Origin: a virus
Virus record (IMG/VR): IMGVR_UViG_3300003321_000691
Coordinates: 32,001-96,000 of that record
Length of the DNA: 64,000 nt
Strand: one strand, 5' to 3'
Part shown: piece after piece, positions 48,305 through 58,675 of the stretch
Layout: each line of letters opens with the position of its first letter
Position numbering within the stretch: position 1 is the stretch's first letter
Made by a program: the position numbers and the translations under genes
Notes under the pieces: generated by a model
The model's database searches: none
What the model was told of the DNA's origin: nothing
Seen by the model: only the letters and a program-made list of their open reading frames with translations

Positions 48305-48442
48305 CCACACCTACAACATAAGCACCGGCGGGGTACTCCGCAAGGGCAAATCGACCGGGAGATCTACTAGGTTATTCAGGTACTTACCTATGTCGATTTT
48401 CCCTTGCGGGGGACCCCGCCGGTGCTTATGTTGTAGGTGTGG
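48305..48442. repeat. 42-bp inverted repeat forming back-to-back divergent promoters
   Basis: 48305-48346 vs 48401-48442, 40/42 identical; each TTGCGG-17-TATGTT. Confidence 0.8.
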
Positions 48443-48533
48443 GAGTGATGACGAAAAAGCCGGTGAAATTCCTGGTGTTTGGCTCGTTCTACTGCGCCGT
48501 CCCCGTGACGGCCCCCAAGAAAGGGAAGAAGTG

Positions 48534-48758
48534 ATGACCCCGACGATGGAAGCGCTTGCGGTGTTTGCTAAGAAGCACCCGTCCCCGTTCGCCAAAGTCG
48601 AGCCCCCGATGGACAGTGCCGGCGTGACGATGACCGAGGCCTACCGCACTGGGTACTGCCGCTTCGGTCACGGCGACGGCTGGTTGACACTCGGTCGCCC
48701 GTACAAGGGCGCTGGAACGGAGTGGCACTACTTCTGCGCCACGTGCGCGAGCACGTGA
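48534..48758 (+). CDS. hypothetical protein
   Basis: first rightward early ORF. Confidence 0.45.
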   Translation: MTPTMEALAVFAKKHPSPFAKVEPPMDSAGVTMTEAYRTGYCRFGHGDGWLTLGRPYKGAGTEWHYFCATCAST

Positions 48759-48769
48759 GGAGGACTCAG

Positions 48770-49075
48770 ATGGGCAAGTACGGCAAGATCACGCTCGGCT
48801 CCCTGGAGGCGCTCGACAACTCCGGCATCGAAGGCTGCGCTACGATGCTCTCCGAGCTGTGCGCGTCCGCGTTCGAGCTAGTCGCTGACCCGAAGGACTG
48901 GAAGGCCCCCATCAACAAGATCGTCCGTTTCGACGCTATCGAATACACCCCCGACGCGCTCGCCTACGCGGTCAAGTACATGACCGCCACGGAAGTGACG
49001 ATGACCCCGGTCTCCAATCACGAGACCCGCGTGACCTCGGTCGGCTACCGGATGGGCCCGGCTGGGGATCACTGA
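48770..49075 (+). CDS. hypothetical protein
   Basis: GAGGAGG RBS. Confidence 0.6.
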   Translation: MGKYGKITLGSLEALDNSGIEGCATMLSELCASAFELVADPKDWKAPINKIVRFDAIEYTPDALAYAVKYMTATEVTMTPVSNHETRVTSVGYRMGPAGDH

Positions 49076-49085
49076 TGATTTCCCC

Positions 49086-49114
49086 TTGCGCACGGCCCGC
49101 ACCGTGCCTACTGT
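49086..49114 (+). promoter_or_regulatory. early-type promoter
   Basis: TTGCGC-17 bp-TACTGT. Confidence 0.6.
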
Positions 49115-49127
49115 GTCTGTGGAGGAC

Positions 49128-50846
49128 ATGATGGACCCGACGCTTCTGGAACTAGACCTCGACAAGCCGGCCGGCAAGGCTCCGGCCGCGATCAAGATCC
49201 CGGTGCCCTCGGCGCCCGAGCTTGACCTCGTCGACGACCCCAAAAACCTCGTCTGCCTCGACTGCGGCGCCAAGGGCCCGGTGAACGACGGCAGCCTGTG
49301 CGAGGCCTGCTACAACAAGGCCAACGCTCCCGCGGAGGTCGCCGAGGCGGCCTCGGACTTCGCCGACATCGCCGCGAATGCCGCGGAAAACGCAGCCATC
49401 ACGGGCATCGCGAATCTCGGCGCGAACGGCCTGGCGAATCTCGGCGTCGGCTTCAACAACGCAGACGGCTACATCGAGATGCTGCGCCGTGGTGCCGCGG
49501 ACGCGACCGTCGCGGAGTACACCCGGACGCTGCGCGACCGCTACGGCTACGACGTCAACGTCGCGGTCGATAACGGACGCTACACCATCACGCTGACCAA
49601 AGACGGCAAGTCCGAGACCATCTCCAACACCTTCATGACGGTGATCGCCGGTAACGGCGGTTACGAGGGCCCGGAAAGCCACGTCAACGATGACGCCATC
49701 GCCCTCCTGAAGGCCAAGACTGCGGCGGCCAAGGCTGCCAAGGCCAAGGCGGACGCCAACGCCCACAACGGCCTGGTCATGGCTCCGGCGGAGGCCGCTC
49801 CCGCGGTCCGAGCGCTGCGCCACGGCGACCTCGTCGCGGGTGGTGTCGCCGAAGGTAACGGCATCCTGACCCACTGGACCGGCCAGAAGCCTCTAACGCT
49901 CGCGACACTCAACGAGTACTGCGACGCGGCCGAGATCCCGACCAAGTTCCGCCCCAAGGCGAAGAAGTTCGAGACCCAGGCGAACCTGGCCGTCAAGGAA
50001 GTCGGCACGGAGCTGGGACTCGATGTCCGCCGCGAGAAGAAAAAGGACCTCGTCAAGGGTGACGTGGCGTACGACCGCCGCTGGTTCCTCTCGGAGCCGA
50101 ACCTCGAAGCGGGCGCGGGCGACGCGTCCGGCAAGGTGGTCCTGGTCGTCACGCTCGACGATGACACCCTGAAGTTCGACGTCGAGAGCGACGCGGCGGT
50201 CAAGATCGCCGAGAAGTTCACGGACCTCTGCGGGCGCGAAGTGCTCCAGGCTGGTCACATCACGACCTGGCTCGGCGCGGTCATCCGCGACTGCCTCGGC
50301 GGTGTGAAGTACGGCGGTAGCTGGTACATCCCGCGCCACACCCGCGCGGCCGGTCAGAAGATCATCGCGGCGTTCGCGCCCAAGTGGGGCACGGAGTGGA
50401 TGAATCCCCCGCTCCCGATCGCGACCTCGGCCGAGCTGGCCGCGGGTATCGCGGCGGGCCTCGCGGCGGAAGTCGACGAGACCTTGACCGAGCTGGCCGC
50501 GGCGGCCAAGAGCTGCAAGGACGGCAAGGTCGGCGAGAAGGCGGCCGTGACCTACCTCGGCAAGTTCAAGGCTCACGGCGAGCGTGTGCTTGCCTACGCC
50601 CAGTTGCTCGGTGACGCGTTCGTCGCGACCAGCAAGCAGAAGGTCAAGGACGCGGTTGCCAAGCTCGAAGGCTCGCTCGACGGCGCCAGCATCCGCTACG
50701 CCCTCGCGATGGAGGAGGCCGAGAAGGACCTGCTCCGCGACCAGGAGAAGATTGCCGCGGACCTCGCGGCGCTCGATGCGGAACCCGGCGCCATCGAGGC
50801 GCGGTTCGAGAACCTCGACATCGCGACGGAGAGCGCCGATGCCTGA
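49128..50846 (+). CDS. large early hypothetical protein (CxxC finger plus helical domain)
   Basis: GGAGG RBS, strongly biased codons. Confidence 0.7.
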   Translation: MMDPTLLELDLDKPAGKAPAAIKIPVPSAPELDLVDDPKNLVCLDCGAKGPVNDGSLCEACYNKANAPAEVAEAASDFADIAANAAENAAITGIANLGANGLANLGVGFNNADGYIEMLRRGAADATVAEYTRTLRDRYGYDVNVAVDNGRYTITLTKDGKSETISNTFMTVIAGNGGYEGPESHVNDDAIALLKAKTAAAKAAKAKADANAHNGLVMAPAEAAPAVRALRHGDLVAGGVAEGNGILTHWTGQKPLTLATLNEYCDAAEIPTKFRPKAKKFETQANLAVKEVGTELGLDVRREKKKDLVKGDVAYDRRWFLSEPNLEAGAGDASGKVVLVVTLDDDTLKFDVESDAAVKIAEKFTDLCGREVLQAGHITTWLGAVIRDCLGGVKYGGSWYIPRHTRAAGQKIIAAFAPKWGTEWMNPPLPIATSAELAAGIAAGLAAEVDETLTELAAAAKSCKDGKVGEKAAVTYLGKFKAHGERVLAYAQLLGDAFVATSKQKVKDAVAKLEGSLDGASIRYALAMEEAEKDLLRDQEKIAADLAALDAEPGAIEARFENLDIATESADA

Positions 50847-53800
50847 TACTAGGACTGAGTCCCAACGGGCCTACGAGGCTCGTCAGGCTCTGCGTAAGGC
50901 GGCCACGGATTACGCCGCGTCCATCCTGCTCGGCGACGCGTCCGTCACCGCGGCGGCGTTCGAGAGACTCGAAAATGTGGCCGAAGGCTACAAGAAGGAG
51001 AAAAAGTGAGCGCCAAAGCCGACTACGAGCGTTTTCTCGCCGATGTCGAGACGATCATCCAGTCCGTGCACGACATCAATGTCGCCGGCATTGCGTCCGG
51101 CATCTGCGACGACCTCACCAAGATCGCGACCCAGCTCGTGCTCCTGAAGTCCAAGGCGCGGTTCGTGGGCAGCCACGCTCACGCCGCTGAAACCCAAAAC
51201 GAAAGTAACGAAACGTGAATCACCCCGACGACAAAGAGTTCATGCTCAACCCGCGGAAGTGGCCGAACTGGCCCTACCAAACCATCAAGAACAACCACAA
51301 CCGCAAGCCTGGCGCGTTCCCGCGCTGTGGCCTGCTCGTCGAGTTCTCGGGTCCGTCCGAGGACATCGCGAATGCGGACATCCGCTTCGTCGAGGCCAAC
51401 CTCTACTCGGTGACGATGGAGGACCTCGCGAAGGCCGAGAAGATCAGCATCGACAAGCTGCTCGCGGACGGGTGGGTGGTGGACTGATGCGCACGTCGTA
51501 CGACCCCAAGCGTTATCGCATCGCCCCGTGGCGTGGGCGGTACGGAGACCAGACACACGCCCTTCGACTGCACCCGCACGTCGATGACATCCGCCGTCAG
51601 ATTGTGGCAAAGAAGAAACAGATCGTTCGTCTCGACGAGCAAATCCATCAACTGGAGCAGCTTGAACGGAGGGCGGCTGGCATCGTCATCGACGGAGTGC
51701 TCGTTCGGGAGCCCAACGGGCCTCCGGGTAGCAAGTGGTACGCCATCACTCTTGTTGATGACCACGTGCACCGGTCCGCCAAGATCTATCCGAACGCCCA
51801 TAACGGCGGGAAGACGTTCGGATACCACATCTACATGGACAGGTACCCGTTCCACAGGCACGAGTGGCGCGGGACCGGGCACACCTACGAGCAAGCCGTC
51901 GAGGGCGCTCGGGCGTGGGTGCTCCGTGCCGAACGGCAGCCGTTCAGGGCCGAGCGCCTAGACGGTACGATCCGCGAGGAGTTTGCTCGATGAAACACGA
52001 AGCCGAAATCCACGCAGTACTAGCCCGCGCCGCGCTCACCCGCGCTGTGCGTGAGCTACAGGAAACCTTCACCCGCTGCACGCAAGGGATGGAGTGCGAC
52101 CCCGAGATCGTGCTTCCGCACGGTCACACGCGGGCCGCGCTGGCGAGCGCGATGGATGCTCTTGACCAAGCCAATAGCGAGCTAGCCAAGCCCGACACCA
52201 AGCCCATCACCCGCACCGGCAAGCCCGACCGCCGCGCGCCGTACCCCGACCGTCAGAACCGGCCGAGGCAGCCCGCGATCGGCAACGCCGACGAGGCTAA
52301 CGAAGTCTACCGGCGCATGTCGCCGCGCCAGCGCTACCTCGTCGGCACCGGCAATGTGAAGCACGTCGAGATCGCTCCGCTGTTTTCGGGCCGGTCAGAA
52401 GACGTGGTCTCGCGCGTCACAGAGAAGTGCAAGGGCTGGCTGGCCGCCGGGCCGAACCTGAAGACCGTCAAGACGGAGGTACCGTGAGTCGACTCTGGGA
52501 GGAACCCATCGGCCGTCTGGAGCTGGAAACGCTCTGGGAAGAATCGCGCACCGAGACCGAGCACGGGCCCGACGCAACGGCCGGCGAGCGCCGGCATTGG
52601 GTCTGTAACCGCTTCCGGCAACTCCACCCCAACGTCGATGCCAAAGCCTTGTGGGCCTGGGTCGGCGACAACCTCGGCCGCCTGATCGAAGTCGAGCCCG
52701 CCGGCCGAGTCAACCGCCATGTGACCTGGGGCCGCCACAACCGGGCGCGGGGCCGGAGGTACGCACGATGAGACGCTATCACGTTCAGTACAGCGGCAAG
52801 AACAACGGCGAAGCCGAATGGGACGTCCTCGACCGCATGCGGAAGCACCCCAATTGCGAGAACTGCCCCGGCGTCAGCGTCGCTACGCTGACCACCCGGG
52901 CGCTCGCGCGGGCGGTCTGCGCCGAGCGCAACGCCGAGTGGGCGGACGAGCAGGAGCAGGCCCTACAGCGCGAGATCGATGAGCAGCACTACAACGGTTG
53001 TGGGGATCCGAAGTAATGCGCACATTGAGAGACAACATGAAGACCTGGCCTCAGATTCTCATCGAGTATGGGAAACACGACAACGAGTTCTGGTACATCG
53101 CCGACGAGGCGGCTCTACATCGGGCTGCGATCAAGATCGTCGCGGCACGCGTCAAGTGTGGCTACATCCGGCCACCGGGCGATGGCCCGGAAGGCCTCCA
53201 GGAGGAGGTGCCGGCAGAGATGCTCGCGCGGTTGCCGAAGGCGATGCAGGAGCAAGCGAAGCGCACTAAGGAACGCAATGCCTACGCCCGCCGCGAGTAC
53301 GCGACCGCCGTCAAACTGTGGGTGCTGGCGCAGAGGGCGCAAGACGGCGACGGCGCGGCGGCCTGGGAGCTGCTCCGCGAGCGTCGTGACCACGAGTATG
53401 AGCGTGTCGAGTTGGTTACACCGGAGGTCCCGTGAAGGCGACGCGGCGGAAGTCTCCGGCCGAGCGCGCCCGCAAGGCCGCCGCTACGAAGCGTAAGGCG
53501 AAGGCCACACCGAGCGAGCGCGATCTCCTGCTAGCTGCCATTGCCCAACACCCGGAAGACTTTCAGCTTGTCCTCGGGCCAGTGCATTGGGGTCCGCAGC
53601 GCACGCGTAGCGGCGGCCACCTCGCCGAGATCCCAGAGCCCCGCGTGCGCCTGCACGATGTGCCGGGCTACCAGCGCGAGGTATCCATCCATGTCACTCG
53701 CTACATCGCCGGTCGACACTACTGGGTCGACATCCGCGAGGAGGGTAACCCGATCTGGGACGCCAAAGAGCAGACTTGGGCCAAGGCGTGGGACGACCGC

Positions 53801-54208
53801 AACGGCGACGGACGCAGCTGGGGCGAGAAGTTCAACAAGCCGGAGTCCGCCGAGGACTTCATCCAGCTCGTGCTCAAGGACCACTTCACAGGCACCGTCT
53901 ACCGCGTGACGCGCGACTACGAGACCGTCACGTATGGACGGGAGGGCGACTAAATGCAGAAGCTCACCAAACATGGCGTCCGCGACCTCAATGGCAAGCT
54001 CAAGGCCGTGACGCCCGCGCCACCAGCAAGCCCGATGGCCGCGCTCAAGCCGGCCGTCGACGAACTGCGCAAGCGACTGCGTGATACCGCCGAGGCTGCG
54101 TTCTTTGCCGGCCTAGACTACGCACGCCAGCACCACATCACCGATGCTCCGGGCGATGACGCAGGACAAGCGTTCGATGCCTGGTGCGAAGAGAAAGGGC
54201 TCCGATGA
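50839..54208 (+). other. run of about 10 small coupled hypothetical early ORFs
   Basis: 51006-51218, 51215-51487, 51487-51993, 51990-52487, 52484-52771, 52768-53016, 53016-53435, 53432-53953, 53954-54208. Confidence 0.55.
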
Positions 54209-54852
54209 GCGACCGATTCCTCAGTACTCTGCATGTTCTCGGTCCAGTCGTTCTGCCAACCTGGGGCAACATACGCATCATGATGATGCCGTTCCACACG
54301 GACGACGTCTACGGCTCTCTGCCGAGTGACCTTCGTCGTTGGGCGAAGACTATCCAACAGATGGTTGCGGGCGCGCCGGCCGGTGTTGGCTATCTCACTA
54401 TCGATGAGGCGCCCGTCCGCAAGGGCGAGACGCACCGACGTCCAGGTCTGCATGTCGACGGCATCGGCCCGGACGGTAAGGCTGGCGGATGGGGCGGAGG
54501 CGGCGGCTACGGCGCGAACGGGATGACGATGGTCTCCAGTCACATCGGCTGCCGCGCGTACGCGCAAACGTTCGATGGTGCGCCTGGTCCCGATGGCGAC
54601 TGCGCCCACCTCGCCTCGCAGTGTGACAAGCACCGCGCGGTCGATCTCAAGCCTGAAATGATCTACTTGTGCTCGCCACTGACCGTACATGAGGCACTAC
54701 CGATGAGCGAGGATACGTGGCGCCAGTTCTGTCGCGTGTCATTCCCGTCGGACTCGCCTTGGTACGAGGGCTACACTGAGAACCCGCTCGGCATCAAGCC
54801 GACCGGGCCGATTCACCCGCGCCGTAGCGCGGAGATGGAGTACCGCCCGTGA
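54205..54852 (+). CDS. putative 2OG-Fe(II) oxygenase-like protein
   Basis: HRRPGLHVDG (HxD), TVHE, RQFCRV. Confidence 0.55.
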   Translation: MSDRFLSTLHVLGPVVLPTWGNIRIMMMPFHTDDVYGSLPSDLRRWAKTIQQMVAGAPAGVGYLTIDEAPVRKGETHRRPGLHVDGIGPDGKAGGWGGGGGYGANGMTMVSSHIGCRAYAQTFDGAPGPDGDCAHLASQCDKHRAVDLKPEMIYLCSPLTVHEALPMSEDTWRQFCRVSFPSDSPWYEGYTENPLGIKPTGPIHPRRSAEMEYRP

Positions 54853-55220
54853 AGCGACGCCCCGACCACACCCCAGACAACCCGGACGTGTTCGTGTTCG
54901 GCTCGAACGAGCTAGGCATTCACGGCGCCGGTGCGGCACGCTACGCCAGAATCCAGCTCGGCGCCAAACAACGCGTCGGCCTAGCCAAGAACGAGCGCTC
55001 GTACGCGCTACCGACATGCAGCGAGCCGGGCATCCCGTTGTCGCTCGCCCAAGTCGGGGTCTACGTTGGCCTGTTCATCGTCTGCGCGAAGGCTCGCCCT
55101 GACCTGCGGTTCTACGTCTCGCCGGTCGGGTGCGGCCTCGCTGGCTACACCGAGGACGAGATCGCGCCGCTGTTCAAGGACGCGCCCGAGAACTGCGAAT
55201 TGCCGGAGGGCTGGCGATGA
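54849..55220 (+). CDS. macro-like phage protein (A1S_2505-like)
   Basis: VFVFGSN..GIHGAGAA, SYALPT, VGCGLAGY...IAPLF. Confidence 0.7.
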   Translation: MKRRPDHTPDNPDVFVFGSNELGIHGAGAARYARIQLGAKQRVGLAKNERSYALPTCSEPGIPLSLAQVGVYVGLFIVCAKARPDLRFYVSPVGCGLAGYTEDEIAPLFKDAPENCELPEGWR

Positions 55221-55709
55221 TTGCCTGGACGCTAACGACCAACTACGGCGGCCCCAAGTTGAAACGTTTCGACGCACGGGTCGGCCACCTTCATGTTGGT
55301 TGTGAAGACAACGGCGAAGGCTGGTTCAACTGGTGGGTTGCGACCGCGGAACAAGGCGTGGCACCGGGTGAGTGGATGTGCCTGAAGACGGGCGGCGCGA
55401 AGTCCGAAGACGAAGCAAAGCTCCAGATACACTCTGCTGTCATCGAGATCGTCATGCGAATGCTGGAGGGGCTGTGACTTACGTCGCCATCGTTCGCCGG
55501 CCCGACCGCACGATGCTGACCGTCATCCGGTCCAGCGACAAGCGCAAGCTGCTTGACTACGTCACAAAACGCTGTCTGGGCGGAGCGGTGCGCAGCGAGC
55601 GCGGCAAGCACATCGTCCGGGCATGGCTAGAGACGCCCGACTACCAAGCCACGTGCGTGTACGGTGTCAATGGACGCTACGTGGAGTTGTTCGATACAGT
55701 GGAGCTGCC

Positions 55710-56033
55710 ATGACCAAGCTGTTAGACGTCCCCGCTGCTGCCAAGAAGATCGGCATCGCGCCATCCACCGTTCGCGGCATGATCGCTCGCGGCGAGCTGC
55801 CACACACCAAGGACGCTTCCGGGCGTGTATGGCTCGAAGCTGCTGACGTCGCGGCAACCCCGCGGCGCTCGCGCGGGCGCCAGCCCCAGGACCCCAAGAA
55901 CCTGATCGGGCGTCTGTACAAGAGCCAGGTCGCCAAGCTAGGGTCCATCCAGGAAGTCGCCGACAAGTACCAATTGACGCACCAGGCCGTCAGCGATGCC
56001 ATTGCGCGTTATGAGGCGGCCTCGCGGCGTTAG
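55710..56033 (+). CDS. double HTH DNA-binding protein (Xis/MerR-like plus HTH)
   Basis: AAKKIGIAPSTVRGMI..GELP; SIQEVADKYQLTHQAVS. Confidence 0.65.
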   Translation: MTKLLDVPAAAKKIGIAPSTVRGMIARGELPHTKDASGRVWLEAADVAATPRRSRGRQPQDPKNLIGRLYKSQVAKLGSIQEVADKYQLTHQAVSDAIARYEAASRR

Positions 56034-56056
56034 CTCCCGCACACGCCATGTGGGAT

Positions 56057-56102
56057 AGCCCGGCGCGTCAACGCTAAGTTGGCGTACCCGGGCTGTTTTT
56101 TT
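56057..56102 (+). terminator. intrinsic terminator
   Basis: AGCCCGG...CCGGGCT stem then T7. Confidence 0.7.
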
Positions 56103-56106
56103 CCCC

Positions 56107-56135
56107 TTGCGGAGGGGACCGGGGCTGCTTACGTT
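56107..56135 (+). promoter_or_regulatory. early-type promoter
   Basis: TTGCGG-17 bp-TACGTT. Confidence 0.65.
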
Positions 56136-56157
56136 GTTGGTGTAGGAAGGAAGCGCG

Positions 56158-57072
56158 ATGAAAACCCTGGTCACCGAACTTGCTGTTTTCGCTCCTGGCC
56201 ACGGCCCGGCGTACGGCTGCGGCGGCTCCCGGTACTACTGGCACTTCGACACGGAGTACCCGTGCGGCGGTTGCCACGCGTGCGTCCCGGAGGGCAAGGC
56301 GGCCTACTTCGTCGGCTTGTTCATCTACCGCGCCGCGCACTTCGCGGCGGTCTCCGCTTCCGCCAGCGCCTACGGCGCGCTCGCGGCGGTCGGTAAGGCG
56401 GTCGCTGCGGCGGCTGCTCCCGGTGCCGGCGTCGGCGCGTTCGTCACTGGTGCCATCGCGGTCTGGAACGAGCACACGAAGGGCGCGTGGTACGAAGTGA
56501 CTGGCAAGCGCGGCACCGCCAAAGCCCACTTCGGCAAGGTCGGTGAGTGCGTCTGGGTCGGCGAACGCGGCTTCACCAAGTACGGCCACACCAGCTACTC
56601 CGTCCGGGTCGGCATCAAGCCGCTCGGCGCCAGCGAGGCCCTGTTCGTCCCCGCTTCCTGCGTGACTCGTGTGCTCCCGCCAGCTGAGGCTCTCCCCGCC
56701 ATCGCGGCGAAGGAGGCGGCCGTCGCGGAAAAGGCGGCCCGCACGCCCCTCGCGGCCGGCAAGGGTTCGATCGTCACCGTCGCATTCGGCCCGTGCGCGG
56801 GCGCGATTGGTCGGGTGTTCTGGGTCGGCTCTGGCAAGGGCGGCCCGCGGTTCGGCCTCGACCCTGACCTCGACCGGAAGAAGGGCCGGTGCCCGTCTCC
56901 GCTCTGGGTAGACGCCCGGGACTGCGTCGCGTACGTCCCGCCGGTGTCTGCGGCCAAGGTCGCGTTCCCGCCGAAGACCGTCGCCGAGGCGGCTGCCCCG
57001 GTGCCTGCTCCGGTGACCGCCAAGAAGATGCCCAAAGTCGTGTTCGAGAAAGCGAAGGAGATTACACTGTGA
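56158..57072 (+). CDS. hypothetical protein with two SH3/KOW-like repeats
   Basis: G.V...G.VGECVWVG and G.IV.V..G...G.IGRVFWVG. Confidence 0.55.
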   Translation: MKTLVTELAVFAPGHGPAYGCGGSRYYWHFDTEYPCGGCHACVPEGKAAYFVGLFIYRAAHFAAVSASASAYGALAAVGKAVAAAAAPGAGVGAFVTGAIAVWNEHTKGAWYEVTGKRGTAKAHFGKVGECVWVGERGFTKYGHTSYSVRVGIKPLGASEALFVPASCVTRVLPPAEALPAIAAKEAAVAEKAARTPLAAGKGSIVTVAFGPCAGAIGRVFWVGSGKGGPRFGLDPDLDRKKGRCPSPLWVDARDCVAYVPPVSAAKVAFPPKTVAEAAAPVPAPVTAKKMPKVVFEKAKEITL

Positions 57073-57551
57073 CCCCCATCTATGGCCACACCAGCGAAGC
57101 GACCGCGTACGAAGTCGCCGACTACCCCTACGGGTACAACCTGCGTTGCAAAATCCGGTACTGGATCGAGTTCAAGCCCAAGCACGGCTTCCGCTTCGTG
57201 TCCCAGACCCTGAACCCCAAGAACGGACGCTGGAACAAGCCAAAGCCCTCGATCTACATCGAGTTCGGCATGGCGATGTACCTTGACGCGGAGAACCACG
57301 TCCAGTTCCGCGGCATCGGGCAGTACTCCAGCGCGGAGGACATCCTCGCTTTCATCAAGGACTTCCCGGGCACGGACTTCAGCGTACTCACCAAGGTTAT
57401 CCCGGCAAAGATCAAGTACGCGCAGATGCGACTCGAAGGCAAGGCCTTCATCACCATCAATGGCCAGCGCGTCCCGGACTCCGAGGCCGAGTTGACCCGG
57501 TTCAAGGCCGAGATCGCGCTGCTCGAAGAGGCCAAGGCGGTGCTCTCGTGA
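57069..57551 (+). CDS. hypothetical phage protein
   Basis: DYPYG..LRC.IRYWIE...G.RFV.QT.NPK..WNKPK.S.Y. Confidence 0.65.
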   Translation: MTPIYGHTSEATAYEVADYPYGYNLRCKIRYWIEFKPKHGFRFVSQTLNPKNGRWNKPKPSIYIEFGMAMYLDAENHVQFRGIGQYSSAEDILAFIKDFPGTDFSVLTKVIPAKIKYAQMRLEGKAFITINGQRVPDSEAELTRFKAEIALLEEAKAVLS

Positions 57552-58618
57552 AGCCCGAAGGCCCCGGTAGTCATCTCAACGGTTATCGCGTCGACCTCGC
57601 GGTGAAGCGTCCCGACGGCACATACGTCGTACTCGTGGATCGCGGCACCGCGCCCCCGAACCAGCACCCGTACGTCACCGCAATCTGGTACCCGGAATGT
57701 GGTGACAGCTGGAACCTCGGGCACTACTTCACCACTCGCCGCGCCGCACTCATCGACTTTGGCAAACGGGAGGCCGCATGATTCGGTTCATCGTCGGCTA
57801 CCTCACTGTTCTGATCGCCATCTACGCTTGCCACGCTTCACCGCACGGTGTGCGATGTACCTGGCGCGAGCTGTGGCGACAGCTCTGCCACCGCAAGACA
57901 CGACTCCCGCGCGCCATCGTCCTCTGTCTCGCACTATGCACTGGCTGCGTAGGCTGGTCCCGACACGACACGGCCCGAGAGCTGGCGTTCACCGGCGAGA
58001 TGGCGCTCGACACTGCCCAAAGTATCACCATCGGCGAGCAGTGCATGGAAGAGAACCCGATCGTGGGGATGTGCGGCCAGCGCCTGGCGTTCTACATGCC
58101 TGGGATGGTCATTGTCCACGTGGTCACCTCCGCCCTGCTACCCCCAGACAAACGTCGGGCGTGGCAGTGGCTCACGCTTGGGGTCGAAGGCTCCACCGTG
58201 ATGGCGAACGAGATGGGCGGGTGGGGTGTCGGCGGGAAGGGGAAGTTGTGAGCCAAGACACCGAGACTCTCGCCGAGGACCTCTACTGCGCCCTCAACGC
58301 GCAGCCACGGCCAAGCTGGAATCGTCTACGCCAGCGGGAGCGGCAACGCTATCTCGACGTCGCATTCGAGATCGTTGTGTCCAACGAGCCCCTCAAAATC
58401 TCACTGCACCGGAGGCTACGCCGCCTGATCGCGGACCAGCGCCAGGGGCAGCTCCGCTTCATGCGGACGGGTGTGCGATGAAACTCCTCCGCAAGATCCT
58501 CTGCGCCGTGTTCGGCCACGACTACTGGCTGTGCGCCAGCCAGTGGCGATGTCACCGCTGTGACAAGTGGCAGTCCCACGAGGACTCCCTGGTCACGGTC
58601 CTGCGGAGGCACCTGTGA
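57548..58618 (+). other. four small coupled hypothetical ORFs
   Basis: 57548-57781, 57778-58251, 58248-58481, 58478-58618. Confidence 0.5.
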
Positions 58619-58675
58619 CGAATTCTGGAATTACTACCCGGCCGCGAGCGTAGTGGTCGGCAAGGAGAAACTGCG

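Noticed and set aside
55710-56033. Excisionase implying a prophage
   Set aside because: No integrase, att site or host genes in the window.
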